64,000 nt of DNA. It comes from the human T2T-CHM13v2.0 reference genome, Homo sapiens. The DNA lies in assembly GCF_009914755.1 (NCBI RefSeq), contig NC_060925.1; one strand, 5' to 3'. Positions 51,687 to 64,000 of the stretch are shown here, in pieces. The first letter of the stretch is position 1; every line of letters starts with the position of its first letter. A model generated the notes under the pieces. That model saw nothing but the letters and a program-made list of their open reading frames with translations. It had not been told where the DNA came from and did not search any database. The position numbers and the translations under genes were made by a program.

Positions 51687-52677
51687 TGATCCACCCGCCT
51701 TGGCCTCCCAAAGTGCTGGGATTACAAGCATGAGCCCTCGCGCCCAGCGGAAAAAGCCAAAGTCTTTACAATGACCTCTAGGGCTTGACATTATCTGACT
51801 CATCTTTTATCACTCTTTGCATCTCTGCCTTCGTTCCGCATGTATTGCTTGTGCCAGGCACATTCCTGCCTCAGGGCCTTTGCACTTGCTATTGCCTCTG
51901 CCTAGAATGTTCTTTCTCCAAATAACTGCATGACTGGTCCCCTGGCTTCTTTCTGGTCTCTACTCAAAAGGCCCCTCTCAGTGTGACATTCCCTGGCTAT
52001 CCTATCAAAATGTCAACACCCCTCTGACATGCCTGCCAACCATGCTTTGTGTATTTTCTCCTTTGTATTTATTACTATTCCATATATCAAACATCTTACT
52101 CATTTATCCTCCACTGGAATGTAAGTTCTAAAACATTAGAAAAATTTTATTTTATTTTTTTCAAGGTCTCGCTCTGTCACTCAGGCTGGAGTTCAGTGGC
52201 ACAATCATAGCTCACTGCAGCCTTGAACTTCTGAGTTTAAGCAGTCCTCCTACCTTGCCCTTCCAAAGTGCTGGGATTATAGACATGAGCCGCAATGTCT
52301 GGCCCAGAAATTTTGTTTATTTTGTTCCCTGAAATTTCTTCAGTGCTTAAAACAGAGGTTAGTAAAATTTGAAAAATGAATGCATACGTATTTTTTTCCA
52401 TTTTAATCTTCCCAGTAAGATACTTCAGTATTGTCTCCATTTTGTAGATTAAAAACCTGAGGCACAGAGCGATCAGGTCACTTGCCTAAGGGTCATACGG
52501 CTGGGAAGTGTGGCTCAGGGGAAGACTCTACCCCCTTACCTCAGATTTCTTATCATTTAAATGAGGTTTCCAAAAGAATGCCCTCTTTGCAGGGTCATTG
52601 AGACATATTGTGAAGATTATGTGTGATAGAGCATATGACAAACTTAAAGCCAGTGCTTGGCATGCTGTAATCACTCA

Positions 52678-52803
<126 letters not shown>

Positions 52804-53674
52804 CTACAGCCTGGTTAACAGAGTGAGACTCCATCTCAAAAACAAAACAAAACAAAACAAAACCAAAAAAAAAAACAGAAGTAGTCTCTAGAAATACGAA
52901 AGGATGTACGAGGTGTTTGTCCCTAGTCATTAAAGGTAGGAATATTTCAGCACAGAGGCTGATCAAGGGGCCAGGAAGTTACTAGTATTGTTTTTGTTTT
53001 TGTTTTTGAGACAGAGTCTCACTCTGTTGCCCAGGTTGGGGTAGAGTGGTGTGATCTCAGCTCACTGCAACCTCCACCTCCCGGGTTCAAGCAATTCTCT
53101 GCCTCAGCCTCCCGAGTAGCTGGGATTAAAGGCAACCACCACCACACCTGGCTAATTTTTGTATTTTTAGTAGAGACGGGGTTTCACCATCTTGGCCAGG
53201 CTGGTCTTGAACTCCTGACCTCGTGATCCACCCGCCTCGGCCTCCCAAAGTGCTGGGATTATAGGTGTGAGCCACCGCGCCCGGCCTTGTTTTGTTTTTG
53301 AGACAAAGTCTCCCTCTATTGCCCAGGCTGGAGTACAGTGGCATGATCTTGGCTCACTTGGCCTATTGTCGTTAATATTGTTGTCGTTTCTATCACTTTT
53401 CTGTGCAGCAGGGTTTAGCCATACCAACCTGTTCCCAGAATGAGCTCCTCTGTGACCATGACACATACTGGGTCCTCTGCTTGGAATGCATTTAGCGTAG
53501 TTTCTGCACGGAAACTCATATGCATCCTTCATGGCCCAACTCAAAAATCTCCTCTGGGAAGCTTCTCCTGACTTCCTGAGGTATGTCACATTCCTGTTAT
53601 AGTTAGGGTTGCAATTTATTTATTGATTTGTTTTTTGTTTGTTTGTTTAATCTGAAGCCCCTACCAGTCTCTGA

Positions 53675-58354
<4,680 letters not shown>

Positions 58355-58442
58355 CTGAGGGAAGATTTGAGTCTTTTTGGAGTTCCCCAAGGTACAGATT
58401 TGGACATCATACACTGTAGGAAATCAAGGTTGCATCAAATGA

Positions 58443-58697
<255 letters not shown>

Positions 58698-58914
58698 TGA
58701 TCGCCTGCCTTGGCCTCCCAACGTGATGGGATTACAGGTGTGAGCCACTGTGCCCGGCCAGGTCCAGAGGTCTTAACCTTCTCATGGATTCCTGGGATTT
58801 TGAGGTGGTGTCTCAGGCACTGCCAATTTGGGCTGCTTAGCTCCTCCCCTCCCCCACACTTGAAACATCTGCTTAAATAATAACGATGACATTAATGATC
58901 ATCATTCAAGCTGA

Positions 58915-59208
<294 letters not shown>

Positions 59209-60393
59209 TGAACTCCTGACCTTGTGATCCACCCACCTCTGCCTCCCAAAGTGCTGGGATTACAGGCATGAGCCACCAAGCCAGGCCAAGTTACTTAATT
59301 CTTACAATGCAACTATGTGGTTGGAATTAATCATTATCCCATTTTCCAGAGAAGGATGCCAGGGCTTGAAAAGCTTCAGTTTTATAGATAAAGGTTCCTT
59401 GTAACATACCTTTTGAAAAAAAATTGTTCTACTAATAACACGTTTTGAAAAAGTCTGAATTAGTCCAGGGTATTTATTTTACACATGGGAAAGTAAAATC
59501 CAGAAAAAGGGGTCATTTGTTCAATGCCACACACTTATTCTTTCATTATTTCCTGGGCGCCTGCCTTGTGCCAGTGACTGTGCTATGACATAAGGGTTCA
59601 GAGGTAAACAAGATACTCATGGAATATAATTTTAGTGGAGGCCAGTAGACAATATATACAAGAAGAAATGAATAGGCAAAATAATTCCAGACAGTGCTGG
59701 GATGATACATTTGAGATGTGATTGAGTGACAAAGAGAGAGAGTGTTAATTTAGTTGGAGAGGTGGTCAGGAGAGTGTGGTCTGTGGAGGTAACATGTGAG
59801 CCACAACCTGATGACCTGAAGAAGTCAGCCGTGCACTGCTATGGGGGGACAACACTCCAGACAGAGGGATCTATGAGTGCAAAGGCCCTGAGGCAGGAAT
59901 GGCTTGTTAGTAATACAGCAGACTCCTGGTCCAGTGCTCCTTCTCTGCCTGCTGCTCTCTAGGCCCTCAGAGAGGCTCCTTTGGTGTCCTGGACCTCCCT
60001 CAAGCTCAGTCCCTAAGGGGCCAGCTGATCTAGGAAGGTAGCAGATCTGGCTTCCTGTGGGTCCTCCTCCCAGAAGCCCTATGGCTGAACCGGATCTGAG
60101 TTTCCTGGTTCCTGTCTGGCAGAAGGGGAGCAGATCTCCTCCCTGCCTCCTCTCCCCAGGCTCTAGCCCTTGCTCCAAATCTCCATGGCAACCCCTGGAC
60201 ACAGTTCTGAACCAAATGAAGAGGATCTGGAAGGCAAAGCACTAAGATCATAGTGAAGACTTGCCTCCCCCTTCTCCTTGTGTCCCACCAGCCTCCCTGC
60301 TGGCCTGACCAGGCCCCATACTCCAGTCTCCCCAGAGACCCCAAGCTGAAGATTCTGTGGGTCTGCCCCATTGCTGGGCACAGCAGAGCCTGG

Positions 60394-60478
60394 ATGGAGG
60401 CTTGTTGTCTTCTGCAGTTGCCCCAAAGGTTGCTCTTGCTGGGGGCAGCCGCCCTGACTGCAACTGCTTTGGAGACAG
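60394..60478 (+). CDS. LDLRAD2: LDLRAD2 coding exon 1, signal-peptide-like (MEACCLLQLPQRLLLLGAAALTATALET)
   Basis: ATG at 60394, hydrophobic leader, perfect CAG|GTAAGT donor. 85 nt (phase 1), joins the next exon in frame. Confidence 0.88.
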
Positions 60479-61019
60479 GTAAGTATCAGGGGGCTTGGTT
60501 GGGGCACCCAGAAGACTTGGGCCCCCACCATCCTTAGAGACTATGTTTCCCCAGTCAGCACTCATCCTGCTGGGCTGAGACCTTTTGAGCTGGGGGAGGC
60601 TGGGAAACTGTGTCTGGTCTTGCTTGGCATCCCCAAATCCAACCCAAAGCCTTCTGGAAGGCTTGGATCTGCCAGTCACCTAGAAGCAGGAGTCTGGGAG
60701 TGGGCAGGACAGCCCTCAGGGCCTGCTTTGCAAAACTCTGTAGGCTTCGGATTCAGAGAAGCTGCATTTACACACTCTGCCACTTCTTATGTTTGTACCT
60801 TTGAGATCATTGTTTCAACTCTCTGAATTTCTTTGGCAGTAAAATGAAAATAATAGGCCCTTGCCCCTTAAGGGACTATGATTATTGGCATATAAGATGA
60901 GATAAGTCATGCAAGGCACTTCATAATACCTGGCACATAAAAGGTGCCAAATTCCCGGCTGGGCGCAGTGGCTCACGCCTGTAATCCCAGCACTCTGTGA
61001 TGCCGAGGCGGGCGGATCA

Positions 61020-61277
<258 letters not shown>

Positions 61278-61540
61278 CTAAACTCCATGCCTGCCCTGTG
61301 TACCTTCAGGGTAGGCTCTGGCTTTAGCAGAGAAATACCAAATATTGGAAAGTGCTCCCACATCCTGAGCTCTGATGAAGGATTTTTTCCTCAAAGACCC
61401 ACATCCTGGCTGGTCCTCAAGTACCCACTGGTCCCTATCTTGCACCAGAAAACCCACCTCCTCTTTCCTCTCTGTGCTTACAGAAATCAGGGCTACTTTG
61501 AGTACTTGCACATCTTCTCATTTAATCCTCACAACAACCC

Positions 61541-61800
61541 TGTACCAGTGAGGATGTTTTGGGCTGTAAGTAACAGATAACAAACTAAATGGGGCTTAAA
61601 TGGTAGGATATTTGCTATTTCAGTTAAGAGTGGTCATAGGTGATTCCAGAGATGGTTAACTCAACGGCTCAACAATGTCACTGTTCCTCTGAAATGCTCT
61701 GACCTCATCTTTGCAAAATGGCTGCTGCAGCTCTGGACATCCCATCCTCATCCTCAGTCAGCAGCTTTCAAAAGCAGGAAGAAAAGGGGCTCCTTATCAC
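61541..61800 (-). mobile_element. MaLR LTR fragment (MLT1K/J/L-like) in LDLRAD2 intron 1
   Basis: GGCTGTAAGTAACAGA...GGCTTAAA...AAAATGGCTGCTGCAGCTCTGGACATC pattern. Confidence 0.55.
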
Positions 61801-62164
61801 ACAGCTCTCCCCCTCCCCTTTTTTTTTTTTTGGTGACGGAGTCTCGCTGTGTTACCCAGGCTGGAGTGCAGTGGCTTGATCTCAGCTCACTGCAACCTCC
61901 GCCTCCAGAGTTCACGCGATTCTCATCCTCAGCCTCTCGATTAGTTGGGATTACAGGTGCGCACCACCATGCCCGGCTAATTTTTTGTATTTTAGTAGAG
62001 ATGGGGTTTCACCATGTTGGCCAGGCTGGTCTCGAACTCCTGACCTCAGGTGATCCACCTGCCTTGGCCTCCAAAGTGCTGGGATTACAGGCGTGAGCCA
62101 CTGCGCTCGGCCCCGCATCTTAGGGTTTCGAATAAGGGATTGTAGATTTGAATTAAATTAAATT

Positions 62165-62300
62165 AAATCATTTAATCCTTACAATCATTCTGAGATTGAT
62201 TAATCATCCCCATTTTACCGATGAGGAAAATGAGGCTCAGAGAGGGCGAGTAACTCGCTTGGGATCACACAGCGGGCAGGGGACAGAGTAGAGTTCGGGG
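62165..62300 (-). mobile_element. MIR immediately upstream of the LDLRAD2 exon 2 acceptor (other MIRs near 50.5-50.9, 52.4-52.7, 59.3, 60.8-60.9, 63.6-63.7 kb)
   Basis: MIR core ATCCCCATTTTACCGATGAGGAAAATGAGGCTCAGAGAGG..AGTAACTCGC...ATCACACAGC. Confidence 0.8.
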
Positions 62301-62885
62301 TCGCGCCGCGCGGCTCCAGTTTCCGTGCCTTCCGCTGCAGCCGACCTGGCGGAACTGTGCGGGCAGACGTGGCAGGGGGACGGGCTGCTGCTGCGCTCGC
62401 ACGCCGCATCGCGCAGGTTCTACTTCGTGGCTCCGGACACCGACTGCGGGCTCTGGGTGCAGGCGGCAGCCCCCGGCGATCGGATCCGCTTCCAGTTCCG
62501 CTTCTTCCTGGTCTACAGCCTGACCCCCGCGCCCCCGGCGCTCAACACCTCCTCCCCGGCCCCGGCCGACCCGTGCGCCCCCGGCTCCTACCTGCAGTTC
62601 TACGAGGGCCCGCCGGGGGCGCCCCGGCCCCTGGGGTCCCCACTGTGCGGCCTGAACATCCCGGTGCCTGTGGCATCCTCCGGACCCTTTCTAGGCCTGC
62701 GCCTGGTCACGAGAGGCCGCCAGCCCCGCGTGGACTTCGTGGGCGAAGTCACCTCTTTCCGTCTGGGTGAGCTGGGGCTGAAGGCCGGGACGGGACCCTC
62801 TGCAGAGGCCATGCGGGACTGGGGCCACAGTGGGGGCCCCGGTGAGGGCCGCTGCCGACAGGGGAATGGCAGGGGTGCCCGAAGC
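62285..62885. promoter_or_regulatory. Intragenic CpG island over LDLRAD2 exon 2
   Basis: High GC and CpG density limited to exon 2 and its flanks; the exon 1 region is CpG-poor. Confidence 0.75.
62341..62766 (+). CDS. LDLRAD2: LDLRAD2 coding exon 2, CUB-like extracellular domain
   Basis: CTGCAG acceptor, G|GTGAG donor, 426 nt (phase 1-1). Contains LCG...TDCGLWV...IRFQF...C...SYLQFYEG...LCG...LRLVT...F...VTSF, a CUB-like pattern. Confidence 0.9.
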
Positions 62886-63029
62886 ACAAGATGGCAGGGA
62901 CTGGGTCCAACGGGAGGGAAGAAGGTGGTGGCTAGTGGCAGAGTCACAATAAGGGACCTCCCGGATCCTAAGAGCCAACCATATAAATCTGGCTACCATG
63001 GATGTGTGCGTCAGACTGTCCTACCAGCC

Positions 63030-63300
63030 CCAGTGCGCACACACATCCACACACATCCACACACAACTTCCTCCCCACACACATTCACACACAACTCCCA
63101 CACGTTCACACCTCACACTCTGACATCCACACCCATGTCACATACGCACAACCCACGCACCTCATCGCCCCCACACACTCCACACTCATGCCTCTCACTG
63201 CAGCACACGCCTCACACTGCACACTCACCATCACACACCTCATATGCACACAGTACCGCCTTGCACACTTACACACAGCTCACATGCTCTCATGCCACAT
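63030..63300. repeat. Degenerate CA-rich low-complexity tract in LDLRAD2 intron 2
   Basis: Repeating CACAC/CTCAC/CACACAT words. Confidence 0.85.
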
Positions 63301-63885
63301 GCTGGCTGCTCTGCGCTGGGTCAGCCCTTCAGATGTTTGCAGAAGGGTGTGCTTAGGACTCGCCAGGCCTGTAGGCAGCAGAAACCAACTCAAGCCAGGA
63401 AAGGGCCCTCTTGGAACTGAAATTAATAATACCCGCCCAACTGGGCGCCGTGGCTTTCGCCTGTAATCCCAGCACTTTGGGAGGCCAAGTCATGAGGATC
63501 ACTTGAGCTCAGGAATTCAAGACCAGCCTGGGTGACAGAGAGAGACCTGCCTAAAACAACAACAAAAAATAATTTAAAAAATATAATAATTAAAAAATAA
63601 TAAAATTAATAACAGTACTTGCCCCATAGGGGTATTGTGAGGCCTCAATGGGCCAGGATGTGTAGTATTTACGGCTGTGCATGGCACAGAAGAGGAAGTC
63701 AGTACATGTTAGCTGCCATCCTCCACCCTCCTCCCCATGAAACACTCATCCATGTTCTCATCTGCATGCATGAGGGCAGCTCTCTCCTGCCCACACCCCC
63801 ACACTGTCACCATGGGGGCCACACATCCTGCTGTGTCGTGGGCTGGACCGGAATCCTCACCTCAGGCTTCTGCTTCTGGCCTCAG

Positions 63886-64000
63886 GACCTTGTGGTGCCT
63901 ACTTCCGCTGCCAGAATGGCAGGTGCATCCCCTCAAGCCTCGTGTGTGACCCCTGGGGCATGGACAACTGTGGCGATGGCAGTGACCAGGGCTCCTGGTC
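63886..64000 (+). CDS. LDLRAD2: LDLRAD2 coding exon 3 (partial), LDL-receptor class A module ([38 protein letters not shown]...)
   Basis: CTCAG acceptor at 63884-85, in frame with exon 2. LDLa signature FxCxNGxCI...CD...CxDGSD. Runs off the window. Confidence 0.92.

Noticed and set aside
60253-60393. GTG-initiated in-frame N-terminal extension of LDLRAD2
   Set aside because: Non-AUG start directly after a stop. It would bury the signal peptide, and the ATG at 60394 already gives a sensible leader.
62325-63356. 343-aa ORF
   Set aside because: Only 62341-62766 is exon. The rest is read-through past the GTGAG donor into GC-rich and CA-rich intron, giving a His/Thr-rich low-complexity tail.

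Overview
Primate, almost certainly human, genomic DNA; the gene pair places it at chr1p36.12 (recalled, not looked up). Two protein-coding genes sit head-to-head about 29 kb apart. USP48 is on the minus strand: coding exons 1-5 (codons 1-221, including catalytic Cys98), a ~25 kb first intron and a CpG-island promoter at ~30.6-31.75 kb; the gene continues off the left edge. LDLRAD2 is on the plus strand: exons 1-2 and part of exon 3, continuing off the right edge. Both exon chains splice in frame at GT-AG sites. The rest is very repeat-dense: roughly 120 Alu copies or fragments by manual count, old L1M/L2/MIR pieces, DNA transposon relics and a cluster of ERV solo LTRs between the genes. USP48 intron 1 also carries an old S100A11 processed pseudogene. 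Almost all ORFs in the supplied track are Alu translations. I see no convincing wholly new biological system. The best leads are: a MER41 LTR with two intact STAT GAS sites plus an IRF-like site ~8.4 kb upstream of USP48; the S100A11 retrocopy with ancestral-looking residues and a 27-nt TSD-flanked micro-insertion; a candidate poison exon in USP48 intron 2; an inverted ZNF143-motif pair; a degenerate LDLa calcium cage in LDLRAD2; and several fold-back scars inside Alus. Repeat subfamily names come from remembered consensus sequences and need RepeatMasker/Dfam confirmation.
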